From Bacillus subtilis subsp. subtilis str. 168 (GTDB lineage Bacteria > Bacillota > Bacilli > Bacillales > Bacillaceae): 32,000 nucleotides of DNA. This document shows positions 1-9,305 of this stretch, one piece after another (position 1 is the first letter of the stretch; every line of letters begins with the position of its first letter). The stretch is from contig NC_000964.3 in NCBI RefSeq assembly GCF_000009045.1, forward strand, positions 510,001 through 542,000, read 5' to 3'. Both the position numbers and the translations under genes were made by a program. The notes under the pieces are model-generated. The model saw only the letters and a program-made list of their open reading frames with translations. It searched no databases and was not told the DNA's origin.

Positions 1-1
1 G

Positions 2-757
2 GCGAAGCTTGAAATCATAAACGGGCTTAAAGAAGACGGAGTGCTGATTTATATCGGGGACGAACCGCTTCTTCAAAATGCATACAGCTGCCAGACGAAA
101 ACGTACGGTACGGGAACGCATAATGATTATCAGCTTCAGGATGTCAGCCAGAGTGAGGAAGGAACCCATTTTACAATCAAAGGGATAGAAAACACGTTTT
201 TTATTCCAATACTCGGCAAGCACAATGTGATGAACGCCATGGCTGCAATTGCTGCAGGGGCTTATTTTGGCATCGCGCCTGAGGATGCGGCAAAAGGACT
301 GAGCGGCCTAAAGGTAACCGGGATGAGGCTTGAACTCATCAAAACAGACAGCGGCCTTTCGATAATCAATGACGCTTATAATGCGAGCCCGACTTCCATG
401 AAAGCTGCAATTCAATTGACAGAAAGCCTTGAAGGCTACGGCAAAAAAATGCTCGTGCTCGGTGATATGCTTGAACTCGGCGATCTTGAAGAAACGTTCC
501 ATAAAGAGTGCGGCGCTGTGATCAGCCCTGATAAAATTGACCGCGTCTTTACGTACGGAAAACTGGGAGCTTTTATCGCGGAAGGCGCCCTGAAACACTT
601 TGAGAAAGACCGCGTCAGCCATTACACTGAGAAAAAAGATCTCCTTCAAGCTGTGAAGGAAAACGCATCAAAAGGCGATTTGATTTTATTCAAAGCGTCC
701 AGAGGTATGAAGCTTGAAGAAATCGTTAAAGATTTAATAGAGAGCCCGCTTTCATAA
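2..757 (+). CDS. murF: UDP-N-acetylmuramoyl-tripeptide--D-alanyl-D-alanine ligase, 3' part (5' end outside window)
   Basis: Open frame from base 2 (AKLEIINGLKEDGVLIYIGDEP...) continuing ORF 41..757; Mur ligase C-terminal motifs (GKHNVMNAMAAIAAG, INDAYNASPTSMKAA, LGDMLELG). Confidence 0.95.
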   Translation, partial: AKLEIINGLKEDGVLIYIGDEPLLQNAYSCQTKTYGTGTHNDYQLQDVSQSEEGTHFTIKGIENTFFIPILGKHNVMNAMAAIAAGAYFGIAPEDAAKGLSGLKVTGMRLELIKTDSGLSIINDAYNASPTSMKAAIQLTESLEGYGKKMLVLGDMLELGDLEETFHKECGAVISPDKIDRVFTYGKLGAFIAEGALKHFEKDRVSHYTEKKDLLQAVKENASKGDLILFKASRGMKLEEIVKDLIESPLS

Positions 758-823
758 GAAAATATTTTGCGAAAAAACGCATATTGCATCATAAAATAAC
801 CTGATATGCAAACACTAATGTAT

Positions 824-854
824 GCCGGCCGAAAATTATGTATATCTGGCCGGC
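824..854. repeat. Perfect inverted repeat GCCGGCC-17 nt-GGCCGGC upstream of cshA
   Basis: GCCGGCC at 824-830 and GGCCGGC at 848-854, just upstream of a -10-like GATACAAT. Confidence 0.6.
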
Positions 855-1073
855 TGCGGCTATGATACAATATATATAGGTTATTTCGCGATACGAACAT
901 ATTCGTCCGGACTTTTCATCGTGACCCGAAGTTCTCCGCTGGATTCTTGGGAGCGGATGGAGCAGCAGCCGGCATATTCGAGATGCCGATCTGCTTCTCA
1001 TCTTATTGAAAAACAAATAGTGTAATGGTAAGATAAAACTTAAAGTAATTCGGGCTTTGTATACGGATGGATC

Positions 1074-1103
1074 CTGTCCTTCTTGTCTAAAGGGCAGTTT
1101 TAT
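1074..1103 (+). promoter_or_regulatory. Hairpin plus short T-run in the cshA 5' region (possible attenuator)
   Basis: CTGTCCTT (1074-1081) can pair with AAGGGCAG (1090-1097), one G-T wobble, followed by TTTTAT, ahead of the TTG start at 1157. Confidence 0.35.
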
Positions 1104-1156
1104 AAGTGGTAAATCACGACATTACTGAAACAGCAATTAGAAGGAGTTTGAATAAT

Positions 1157-2641
1157 TTGACTATAACGTTTCAAGATTTTAATTTAAGTTCTGATCTCAT
1201 GAAAGCAATTAATCGTATGGGATTTGAAGAAGCAACACCGATTCAGGCACAAACGATACCGCTCGGACTTTCAAATAAAGACGTCATTGGACAAGCGCAA
1301 ACAGGTACAGGTAAAACAGCTGCGTTTGGTATACCCCTTGTTGAAAAAATTAACCCCGAGTCTCCTAATATTCAAGCAATCGTAATCGCGCCAACCCGTG
1401 AATTAGCCATTCAAGTATCTGAAGAATTGTATAAAATCGGACAAGATAAACGTGCGAAGGTTCTTCCTATTTACGGCGGACAGGATATTGGACGGCAAAT
1501 CCGGGCGTTAAAGAAGAATCCGAATATTATTGTCGGAACACCTGGACGTCTTCTTGACCACATCAACCGCCGCACCATTCGTTTAAACAATGTAAATACC
1601 GTTGTAATGGATGAAGCGGATGAAATGCTGAACATGGGATTCATTGACGATATTGAATCTATCCTTTCAAACGTGCCAAGCGAGCATCAGACACTTCTGT
1701 TCTCTGCCACAATGCCTGCGCCGATCAAACGCATTGCAGAGCGCTTCATGACTGAGCCGGAACACGTAAAAGTAAAAGCGAAAGAAATGACGGTTTCTAA
1801 CATTCAGCAGTTCTATTTGGAAGTGCAAGAACGTAAAAAATTCGATACACTGACTCGCCTTCTTGATATTCAGTCTCCTGAGCTTGCGATCGTATTCGGA
1901 CGTACAAAACGCCGTGTCGATGAGCTGGCTGAAGCTCTGAACCTTCGCGGATATGCAGCTGAAGGTATTCACGGTGACTTAACGCAGGCGAAACGTATGG
2001 TTGCGCTTCGTAAATTTAAAGAAGGCGCAATCGAAGTTCTAGTCGCAACTGATGTTGCCGCTCGCGGACTTGATATCTCAGGTGTTACACACGTATACAA
2101 CTTCGACGTGCCTCAAGATCCTGAAAGCTACGTTCACCGTATCGGAAGAACGGGCCGTGCAGGAAAAACAGGTATGGCGATGACGTTCATTACACCGCGT
2201 GAGAAAAGCATGCTTCGCGCAATTGAACAAACAACAAAACGCAAAATGGACCGCATGAAGGAGCCTACACTTGATGAAGCGTTAGAAGGTCAGCAACAGG
2301 TTACTGTTGAACGTCTTCGCACAACAATCAGTGAAAACAACCTGAACTTCTACATGACAGCGGCAGCTGAGCTGCTTGAAGATCATGATGCAGTAACAGT
2401 GGTTGCGGCGGCTATCAAAATGGCTACAAAAGAGCCAGACGACACACCGGTTCGCTTAACAGACGAAGCGCCGATGGTCAGCAAACGCTACAAGAACCAG
2501 CGCTCTTCTAAACGCAGAGACGGTCAAGGCGGCGGCTACCGCGGCGGAAAAGGGAAAAGCAACAACCGTTCTTCCTATGACAAAAAGCGTTCAAACGATC
2601 GCCGTTCTTCAGGTGACAGACGCCAGAAAAAATCTTACTAA
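1157..2641 (+). CDS. cshA: DEAD-box RNA helicase
   Basis: Motifs [34 protein letters not shown] and a basic RGG/RS-rich tail. TTG start at 1157 after AAGGAG gives the expected 494 aa; the track start at 1106 is upstream of the likely RBS. Confidence 0.95.
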   Translation: MTITFQDFNLSSDLMKAINRMGFEEATPIQAQTIPLGLSNKDVIGQAQTGTGKTAAFGIPLVEKINPESPNIQAIVIAPTRELAIQVSEELYKIGQDKRAKVLPIYGGQDIGRQIRALKKNPNIIVGTPGRLLDHINRRTIRLNNVNTVVMDEADEMLNMGFIDDIESILSNVPSEHQTLLFSATMPAPIKRIAERFMTEPEHVKVKAKEMTVSNIQQFYLEVQERKKFDTLTRLLDIQSPELAIVFGRTKRRVDELAEALNLRGYAAEGIHGDLTQAKRMVALRKFKEGAIEVLVATDVAARGLDISGVTHVYNFDVPQDPESYVHRIGRTGRAGKTGMAMTFITPREKSMLRAIEQTTKRKMDRMKEPTLDEALEGQQQVTVERLRTTISENNLNFYMTAAAELLEDHDAVTVVAAAIKMATKEPDDTPVRLTDEAPMVSKRYKNQRSSKRRDGQGGGYRGGKGKSNNRSSYDKKRSNDRRSSGDRRQKKSY

Positions 2642-2655
2642 TTTGATCGATTCAG

Positions 2656-2686
2656 AGCCCAAAACATGATGTTTTGGGCTTTTTTA
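2656..2686 (+). terminator. Intrinsic terminator of cshA
   Basis: AGCCCAAAAC-atgat-GTTTTGGGCT followed by TTTTT. Confidence 0.92.
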
Positions 2687-2753
2687 TGTTCGTGATTTGT
2701 TATTCAGCAAACTTTCAGCTGACGGAAGCCATTTTTCTCTGTATGCTTAAGAA

Positions 2754-2779
2754 TGAAACCTTTCTGTAAAAGAGACGTA
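2754..2779 (+). promoter_or_regulatory. Candidate sigma-W promoter for ydbS-ydbT
   Basis: TGAAAC (2754-2759), 16 nt, CGTA (2776-2779), matching the sigma-W consensus, 35 nt upstream of the ydbS start. Confidence 0.8.
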
Positions 2780-2813
2780 TAAATAACGACGAAAAAAAGG
2801 GAGGTAGGTATTT

Positions 2814-3293
2814 TTGAGAGAGCAGCCAAAAAACCAAATCAGTCCAGACGGATTAAAGGTTTGGCGACTTCAAGAGATCATCATATCCGCTGTTTGCTTG
2901 CTTATTGTCATTGCAGTTGCAGTGTTAAGCTATTATTTTCATTGGCCGTACTGGATCAGCGGCGTGCTCGGCGCTGTTTGGCTGCTGGGATCGATTGTGA
3001 CGGTCTTTATCATTCCGAAGGTCCGTCATAAGGTGTGGCGATATGAAGTCCATGAACATGAAATAGATATTCAGTCAGGTATTTTTGTGGTGACACGTGT
3101 GATTGTTCCGATGGTCAGAGTTCAGCACGTCGATACGTCACAAGGGCCATTATTAAAAAAATACAACCTGGCAACGGTGAAAATTTCCACAGCCGCGACC
3201 GTTCATTCGATCCCCGCTTTAGAGATGGAGGAAGCGGATCGGCTAAGAGACTCCATTTCCCGTCTGGCGAGGGTGACTGACGATGATGTCTGA
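2814..3293 (+). CDS. ydbS: Membrane protein with bacterial PH-like domain (DUF304 family)
   Basis: 159 aa; two N-terminal TM segments, then YEVHEHEIDIQSGIFVVTRVIVPMVRVQHVDTSQGPLLKKYNLATVKISTAA typical of YdbS; TTG start after GGGAGG. Confidence 0.9.
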   Translation: MREQPKNQISPDGLKVWRLQEIIISAVCLLIVIAVAVLSYYFHWPYWISGVLGAVWLLGSIVTVFIIPKVRHKVWRYEVHEHEIDIQSGIFVVTRVIVPMVRVQHVDTSQGPLLKKYNLATVKISTAATVHSIPALEMEEADRLRDSISRLARVTDDDV

Positions 3294-4764
3294 ACCGAAA
3301 CGCCTGCACCCGGTGGCAGTCATTTTGAATTTATGCCATACCATTATTCAAACGATAAAAAATATCATTCTGCCATTCTTTTTTGTGTATATTGTCAATT
3401 CAAACCATACTGTCCGTTTTTACGGAGCCATTGCGCTCGGTGTGCTGTTCATCTGGCTTGTAGCGGCAAGCATTATCAAATGGAGAAGGTTTACCTATCG
3501 AATTGAAGATGATGAATTTAGAATTGAAGAAGGCTTATTTGTTACGAAAAAACGATACATATCGATTGATCGGATTCAAACAATGAATACGAGCGCGGGC
3601 CTTGTCCAGCAAATCTTTAAGCTTGTGAAGCTGCAAATTGAAACAGCAGGCGGAGGCAAGGAGGCAGAAGCCGTTCTTTCTGCTATTTCTGTTGAAGAAG
3701 CGGAACGCATCAAAGAAGCTGTCTTTAAGAAAAAAGCGCAAAGACGAGAAAATGAACTTGATGAAGAACGGCTTGAAGCTGAAGAGGAGTTGGATCCGTC
3801 CGTTGAGGTGCAAGAGCACTATCGCATGAACGCGAAAGAATTGCTCATGGCCGCTTCTACCTCCGGCGGAATCGGAGTCATTATCTCCGCTGTATTTGCA
3901 CTTATTTCCCAGCTTGATGAAGTGCTGCCGATGGATTGGTTATTCGATAAATTTTCCTTCCTTCAGCACGCCAGCATCGGTATTTATGCGGTACTCATTT
4001 TTATCGGTTTATTTATCGCCTGGATTTTCAGCATCGCGGGCATGATGTTTAGATACGCGAACTTTCAAATCATAAAAAAAGAGCAGGAACTGGTGATTTC
4101 AAGGGGAATTATTGAAAAACATCAAGTCACGATTCCGCTGCGAAAAATACAAGCCATTAAAATCAAAGAAAATATCATTCGCCAGCTTTTCGGCTTTGTA
4201 ACGGTGTCCATCGTCAGCGCAGGAGGCGGCGACCGGGAAAAAGAAGAAGGCGCTTTGACCATTCTCTTTCCAATGATTCATAAAAAAAAGCTTCCGCACA
4301 TGCTCCGAACATTTACGCCGGAATACACGCTGGAAGAAAACTGCCGCCGCCTGCCGCGGCGCGCGTTGAAACGCTATTTGTTCCGTTCTGTCATTTTTTC
4401 ACTCTTTTTGATCATCCCGTTATGTATCTTCTTTCAGCCATGGGGCTATCTGTCAGTGATCCTGCTGCCGATAGAATTGCTCTTCGGCTATCTCGCGTAT
4501 AAAGAGGCTGCATGGACGATCAACGGGGACCGTCTTCAGCTGACGTCTAGATTTATAGGCAGAACAACCGCCATTGTACTGAAAAAACGAATGCAGGTCT
4601 GCAAGTTCAGCCAATCCTATTTCCAAAAGAAAGGCCGCTTGTATACCATTTCTACTTCGGTGAAATCATCGAGCCATATGGAAGAGTTAACGGTGAGGGA
4701 CGTAGGTGAAGAGGATGCAGCCTTCATTTTAAAGTGGTACTCATATGAAAAAGCGGACGGTTAA
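3283..4764 (+). CDS. ydbT: Multi-TM membrane protein with repeated bPH2 domains
   Basis: 493 aa ORF overlapping ydbS (translational coupling); repeated PH-like motifs (YRIEDDEFRIEEGLFVTKKRYISIDRIQT; ISRGIIEKHQVTIPLRKIQAIKIKENIIRQ). Confidence 0.9.
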   Translation: MMSEPKRLHPVAVILNLCHTIIQTIKNIILPFFFVYIVNSNHTVRFYGAIALGVLFIWLVAASIIKWRRFTYRIEDDEFRIEEGLFVTKKRYISIDRIQTMNTSAGLVQQIFKLVKLQIETAGGGKEAEAVLSAISVEEAERIKEAVFKKKAQRRENELDEERLEAEEELDPSVEVQEHYRMNAKELLMAASTSGGIGVIISAVFALISQLDEVLPMDWLFDKFSFLQHASIGIYAVLIFIGLFIAWIFSIAGMMFRYANFQIIKKEQELVISRGIIEKHQVTIPLRKIQAIKIKENIIRQLFGFVTVSIVSAGGGDREKEEGALTILFPMIHKKKLPHMLRTFTPEYTLEENCRRLPRRALKRYLFRSVIFSLFLIIPLCIFFQPWGYLSVILLPIELLFGYLAYKEAAWTINGDRLQLTSRFIGRTTAIVLKKRMQVCKFSQSYFQKKGRLYTISTSVKSSSHMEELTVRDVGEEDAAFILKWYSYEKADG

Positions 4765-5030
4765 TACCGCCGCTCCAGCGTGTCGGCAAACCCTCGCATT
4801 CGTTGTCAGGACTGCGCTTCGGTGCTCAATGCGAAGTGGATCAACGGCTAAATTCTCAGGCGTCCTGCCTAAACGCCGTCGTCATCACATCCTGTGAAAG
4901 TCCGCTCCTATGCTCGTCCTTCCTAGACTTCATGGGTTTTCAATCACGCTGAAAAGATGACAAAATCCTAAAATGAAAACCATTTTAGGATTTTGTCAAC
5001 AATCTGAAGCGGCGGTTAATACCGCCGCTC
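4751..5030. repeat. Structured intergenic element bracketed by near-identical 24-25 bp direct repeats
   Basis: AAGCGGACGGTTAATACCGCCGCTC (4751-4775) and AAGCGGCGGTTAATACCGCCGCTC (5007-5030) flank ~230 bp containing several short inverted repeats and a 17-bp perfect hairpin. Confidence 0.75.
4959..4997. repeat. 17-bp perfect inverted repeat, 5-nt loop
   Basis: GACAAAATCCTAAAATG-AAAAC-CATTTTAGGATTTTGTC. Confidence 0.9.
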
Positions 5031-5615
5031 TTTTTTTTGCACGCATAAAAACGAAAGAAGAAACCCGCCGCATAGTCCAAACAAATGGGCCATCATGTTA
5101 ATATTGGAGTTGATAAACGACATGAGAACGGCAAATGCGAGCAGTGTGATGATCATTTTGGAATGCTCCTGCCCAATTAACTCATTGCGAAAAAGAACCA
5201 TAAACAGGTATACGCCAAATAGCCCGAAAATGGCGCCTGAAGCCCCGACATGCACGTAATCAAGCGGCTCTGTAACATAAGTGCCGATATTGCCGATGAT
5301 GCCGGAGCCGGCGTATACAAGAAGGAAACGCGCTTTTCCCAGCATGCGTTCCAAAGCCGGGGCAAATAAAAAGATGGACATGGAATTAAACAGCAGATGT
5401 GTGAAACCGGCGTGCAGCAAAATCGGTGTGATAAGCCGCCACCATTCACCGTTTGCGACACCTAGATTATAGCCTGTGACGGTATCCCTCCATAACACGA
5501 CTGAATGGGCAGGAAGTGAAAAAAACAGCCAGAGAACAGCTTGCAAAGCCAATATAAAGGTGACAACGGGGTAAAGCCTGATAAATGTTTGAAAATTTTC
5601 AGTCCGTATAAACAT
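5016..5615 (-). CDS. ydcA: Rhomboid-family membrane protein
   Basis: 199 aa with rhomboid motifs (NGEWWRLITPILLHAGFTHLLFNSMS, HVGASGAIFGLFG, NSNINMMAHLFGLCGG). Confidence 0.92.
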   Translation of the reverse strand: MFIRTENFQTFIRLYPVVTFILALQAVLWLFFSLPAHSVVLWRDTVTGYNLGVANGEWWRLITPILLHAGFTHLLFNSMSIFLFAPALERMLGKARFLLVYAGSGIIGNIGTYVTEPLDYVHVGASGAIFGLFGVYLFMVLFRNELIGQEHSKMIITLLAFAVLMSFINSNINMMAHLFGLCGGFLLSFLCVQKKERRY

Positions 5616-5709
5616 TCCGAGCCCCTTTTCTTCATTTTGGTATATCTATAGTAACACGTTTATGAGACAAACCATTTAAATAGTACGTACGCAAAGGAGG
5701 TTATCATAC

Positions 5710-6075
5710 ATGATTTACGGCATTGGGCTGGACATTACCGAGCTTAAACGGATCGCCTCTATGGCTGGGCGCCAGAAAAGGTTTGCCGAGCGGATTTTGA
5801 CGCGAAGCGAGCTTGACCAATACTATGAGCTTTCAGAGAAAAGAAAAAACGAATTTCTCGCGGGCAGATTCGCGGCAAAAGAAGCGTTCTCGAAAGCATT
5901 TGGCACCGGCATTGGGAGGCAGCTCAGCTTTCAGGACATTGAAATTAGGAAAGACCAAAATGGCAAGCCCTATATCATTTGTACGAAACTGAGCCAGGCC
6001 GCCGTTCACGTATCGATCACTCATACAAAAGAATACGCTGCCGCGCAGGTTGTGATTGAAAGGTTGTCAAGCTAG
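5710..6075 (+). CDS. acpS: Holo-[acyl-carrier-protein] synthase
   Basis: 121 aa; GIGLDITELKRI, FLAGRFAAKEAFSKAFGTGIG, VSITHTKEYAAA; AAAGGAGG RBS. Confidence 0.96.
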   Translation: MIYGIGLDITELKRIASMAGRQKRFAERILTRSELDQYYELSEKRKNEFLAGRFAAKEAFSKAFGTGIGRQLSFQDIEIRKDQNGKPYIICTKLSQAAVHVSITHTKEYAAAQVVIERLSS

Positions 6076-6131
6076 TCTGCATATTAGGGAAACCCCACTC
6101 ATATATTTGATAGTGCATTAAGGGAGACAAG

Positions 6132-6203
6132 TTGTTTGAGGCTTTTATGGTACGCATCTGTTCTGCCTAAACGTGTACCGAGCGTACCGTTAAAGTCAAA
6201 CAA
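6132..6203. repeat. Long imperfect inverted repeat upstream of ydcC
   Basis: TTGTTTGAGGCTTTTATGGTACGC (6132-6155) opposes GCGTACCGTTAAAGTCAAACAA (6182-6203). Confidence 0.7.
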
Positions 6204-6249
6204 GCGATTTCTTCCTTTTACATCAATTGAGAAAAAGGGGTTGAAAAAG

Positions 6250-7257
6250 GTGAGAAAAAGCTTTGTTTTGCTTTTAACGGGACTGCTTGCTGTTCTTATT
6301 CTTTCTGCCTGCGGGCAAAAAACACAGCAAGATATTGTGGCCGGGTTAGATGAAAAGGCGAAAGAATACACCTCGTACAAAGCAAAAGCGAAAATGACCA
6401 TCGAGACAGGGAGTGAGCCTCAAGTATACAATGTGGAAATCTGGCACAAAAAGCCGTCTCTGTACAGGGTTTATTTAGAAAATCCGAAAAAGGACCAAAA
6501 CCAAGTCATTTTACGAAATGAAAACGGAGTATTCGTTCTCACGCCGTCTTTAAATAAGAGCTTCAGATTTCAAAGCGATTGGCCGAACAACAGCAGCCAG
6601 GTTTATCTGTTTGAATCGCTCGTAAAGGATGTTCAAAACGATTCGGATGCAGTTTTCACAGCGAAAGAAAAGAAATACGTATTTGAAACAAAAACAAACT
6701 ATCAGCATAACAAAATGCTGCCCACGCAAGAAATCACATTTAACAAAAAAGATATGAGCCCGTCATCTGTCAAAGTGATGGATACTGACCGGAAAGTGAT
6801 GGTCAAAGTAGAATTCAGCAGCTTTGAATTTAATAAACAATTTGATAAAGAATCATTTGATGAAAAGAAAAATATGACCCTTTCTCAAATGGATGTCGCC
6901 ACAAGCGCAAAGCCTTCCGATACATTTGCGGTCAAAACGCCGCTGGAACTGCCGCTTGGCGTCAAGCTGCTTGAAGAAAAAGATATATCTACTGAAGACG
7001 GGAAGCGCATCATCATGACGTACGGAGGAGAAAAATCATTTACGTTAATTCAGGAAAAAGCCCAGATTGCCAAGGCTTCCTCCTCCGTTACGCTGAACGG
7101 CGAACCGGTAAATCTCGGCTACACCATCGGCGCCCTGTCGGATGCATCATTATCATGGACATATGACGGCGTAGATTACCTTCTCTCTTCTAAAGATCTT
7201 TCTAAAGAGGAAATGGTGACAGTAGCGAAAAGCATGCAGGGACAATCATCGAAATAA
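6250..7257 (+). CDS. ydcC: Putative lipoprotein (LolA/LppX-like fold candidate)
   Basis: Signal peptide and lipobox MRKSFVLLLTGLLAVLILSAC from GTG at 6250 with upstream AAGGGG. TTG at 6241 is an alternative; the track start at 6136 lies inside an inverted repeat and is unlikely. Confidence 0.85.
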   Translation: MRKSFVLLLTGLLAVLILSACGQKTQQDIVAGLDEKAKEYTSYKAKAKMTIETGSEPQVYNVEIWHKKPSLYRVYLENPKKDQNQVILRNENGVFVLTPSLNKSFRFQSDWPNNSSQVYLFESLVKDVQNDSDAVFTAKEKKYVFETKTNYQHNKMLPTQEITFNKKDMSPSSVKVMDTDRKVMVKVEFSSFEFNKQFDKESFDEKKNMTLSQMDVATSAKPSDTFAVKTPLELPLGVKLLEEKDISTEDGKRIIMTYGGEKSFTLIQEKAQIAKASSSVTLNGEPVNLGYTIGALSDASLSWTYDGVDYLLSSKDLSKEEMVTVAKSMQGQSSK

Positions 7258-7263
7258 CCGCCA

Positions 7264-7292
7264 AAGGCCAAACATGATTTGGCCTTTTTTTC
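7264..7292 (+). terminator. Intrinsic terminator of ydcC
   Basis: AAAGGCCAAA-catga-TTTGGCCTTTTTTT. Confidence 0.92.
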
Positions 7293-7371
7293 GTTAGACA
7301 TCGTTTCCCTTTAGCCTTTAATTTTAGTATGATATGTAAATGATATTGAATAAAAGCTAGGAAGTGTCGTA

Positions 7372-8541
7372 ATGAGCACAAAACCTTTTTACAGAGATAC
7401 GTGGGCGGAAATTGACTTGTCCGCGATAAAGGAAAATGTCAGCAATATGAAAAAACATATCGGTGAACATGTCCACTTGATGGCAGTTGTGAAAGCAAAC
7501 GCCTACGGGCATGGTGATGCAGAAACAGCAAAGGCTGCTCTTGACGCAGGTGCTTCATGCTTGGCCGTGGCCATTTTGGATGAAGCGATTTCACTGCGCA
7601 AAAAGGGATTGAAGGCGCCTATATTGGTGCTTGGCGCGGTTCCCCCGGAGTATGTGGCAATCGCTGCTGAGTATGACGTGACCTTAACAGGTTATTCTGT
7701 TGAATGGCTTCAGGAGGCAGCCCGCCACACGAAAAAAGGTTCTCTTCATTTTCATCTGAAGGTCGATACGGGGATGAACAGACTTGGTGTAAAAACAGAG
7801 GAAGAAGTTCAGAACGTGATGGCAATTCTTGACCGCAACCCTCGTTTAAAGTGCAAAGGGGTATTTACCCATTTTGCGACAGCGGATGAAAAAGAAAGAG
7901 GCTATTTCTTAATGCAGTTTGAGCGCTTTAAAGAGCTGATTGCTCCGCTGCCGTTAAAGAATCTAATGGTCCACTGCGCGAACAGCGCCGCTGGACTCCG
8001 GCTGAAAAAAGGCTTTTTTAATGCAGTCAGATTCGGCATCGGCATGTATGGCCTTCGCCCGTCTGCTGACATGTCGGACGAGATACCGTTTCAGCTGCGT
8101 CCGGCATTTACCCTGCATTCGACACTGTCACATGTCAAACTGATCAGAAAAGGCGAGAGCGTCAGCTACGGAGCCGAGTACACAGCGGAAAAAGACACAT
8201 GGATCGGGACGGTGCCTGTAGGCTATGCGGACGGCTGGCTCCGAAAATTGAAAGGGACCGACATCCTTGTGAAGGGAAAACGCCTGAAAATTGCCGGCCG
8301 AATTTGCATGGACCAATTTATGGTGGAGCTGGATCAGGAATATCCGCCGGGCACAAAAGTCACATTAATAGGCCGGCAGGGGGATGAATATATTTCCATG
8401 GATGAGATTGCAGGAAGGCTCGAAACCATTAACTATGAGGTGGCCTGTACAATAAGTTCCCGTGTTCCCCGTATGTTTTTGGAAAATGGGAGTATAATGG
8501 AAGTAAGAAATCCTTTATTGCAGGTAAATATAAGCAATTAA
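7372..8541 (+). CDS. alr: Alanine racemase
   Basis: 389 aa; PLP motif VVKANAYGHG, HFATAD, VGYADGW, GRICMDQFMVEL. Confidence 0.97.
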   Translation: MSTKPFYRDTWAEIDLSAIKENVSNMKKHIGEHVHLMAVVKANAYGHGDAETAKAALDAGASCLAVAILDEAISLRKKGLKAPILVLGAVPPEYVAIAAEYDVTLTGYSVEWLQEAARHTKKGSLHFHLKVDTGMNRLGVKTEEEVQNVMAILDRNPRLKCKGVFTHFATADEKERGYFLMQFERFKELIAPLPLKNLMVHCANSAAGLRLKKGFFNAVRFGIGMYGLRPSADMSDEIPFQLRPAFTLHSTLSHVKLIRKGESVSYGAEYTAEKDTWIGTVPVGYADGWLRKLKGTDILVKGKRLKIAGRICMDQFMVELDQEYPPGTKVTLIGRQGDEYISMDEIAGRLETINYEVACTISSRVPRMFLENGSIMEVRNPLLQVNISN

Positions 8542-8656
8542 CTTACCTAAATGGAGAATTCATAAAACAGCTTTGCTTGAAGAGTGAATAATGGTATCAT
8601 TATCACTGGATGGATAAAAGAGTCGTATCCGTAAGTTTGGTGGAGGTGTATGTTTT

Positions 8657-8938
8657 TTGTCTGAATCCAGCGCAAGAACCGAAATGAAAATCAGCTTGCC
8701 CGAAAACCTAGTAGCTGAATTGGATGGTGTAGCGATGCGGGAGAAACGAAGCAGAAACGAACTGATATCACAAGCAGTGAGAGCGTATGTCAGCGAACGA
8801 ACAACTCGTCACAACCGTGATTTGATGAGACGCGGCTATATGGAAATGGCGAAAATCAACCTGAATATTTCTTCTGAGGCTCACTTTGCGGAGTGCGAGG
8901 CTGAAACGACAGTTGAGCGCTTAGTCAGCGGAGGATAA
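8657..8938 (+). CDS. ndoAI: Type II antitoxin EndoAI (MazE-like, ribbon-helix-helix)
   Basis: 93 aa from TTG after GGTGGAGGTG; RHH N-terminus [36 protein letters not shown]; directly upstream of mazF homologue. Confidence 0.94.
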   Translation: MSESSARTEMKISLPENLVAELDGVAMREKRSRNELISQAVRAYVSERTTRHNRDLMRRGYMEMAKINLNISSEAHFAECEAETTVERLVSGG

Positions 8939-8942
8939 TCAT

Positions 8943-9293
8943 TTGATTGTGAAACGCGGCGATGTTTATTTTGCTGATTTATCTCCTGTTGTTGGCTCAG
9001 AGCAAGGCGGGGTGCGCCCGGTTTTAGTGATCCAAAATGACATCGGAAATCGCTTCAGCCCAACTGCTATTGTTGCAGCCATAACAGCACAAATACAGAA
9101 AGCGAAATTACCAACCCACGTCGAAATCGATGCAAAACGCTACGGTTTTGAAAGAGATTCCGTTATTTTGCTGGAGCAAATTCGGACGATTGACAAGCAA
9201 AGGTTAACGGATAAGATTACTCATCTGGATGATGAAATGATGGATAAGGTTGATGAAGCCTTACAAATCAGTTTGGCACTCATTGATTTTTAG
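8943..9293 (+). CDS. ndoA: Type II toxin EndoA, MazF-family endoribonuclease
   Basis: 116 aa; [47 protein letters not shown]. Confidence 0.96.
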   Translation: MIVKRGDVYFADLSPVVGSEQGGVRPVLVIQNDIGNRFSPTAIVAAITAQIQKAKLPTHVEIDAKRYGFERDSVILLEQIRTIDKQRLTDKITHLDDEMMDKVDEALQISLALIDF

Positions 9294-9305
9294 ACATATT
9301 TGCAG

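Noticed and set aside
308-649. Minus-strand ORF antisense to murF
   Set aside because: Lies fully inside a well-supported CDS; composition is that expected from antisense codon bias.
1106-1156. N-terminal extension [17 protein letters not shown] of cshA
   Set aside because: No RBS upstream of 1106; strong AAGGAG before TTG 1157 gives the expected 494-aa protein.
6136-6249. N-terminal extension of ydcC in the track
   Set aside because: Places a 38-aa leader ahead of an obvious lipoprotein signal peptide and overlaps a long inverted repeat.
6099-6401. Minus-strand ORF over the acpS-ydcC gap
   Set aside because: Overlaps a structured repeat and the ydcC 5' end; no RBS or homology signal.
8657-9293. 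ndoAI-ndoA as a novel toxin-antitoxin system
   Set aside because: This is the well-characterised chromosomal MazEF-type EndoAI/EndoA pair of B. subtilis.
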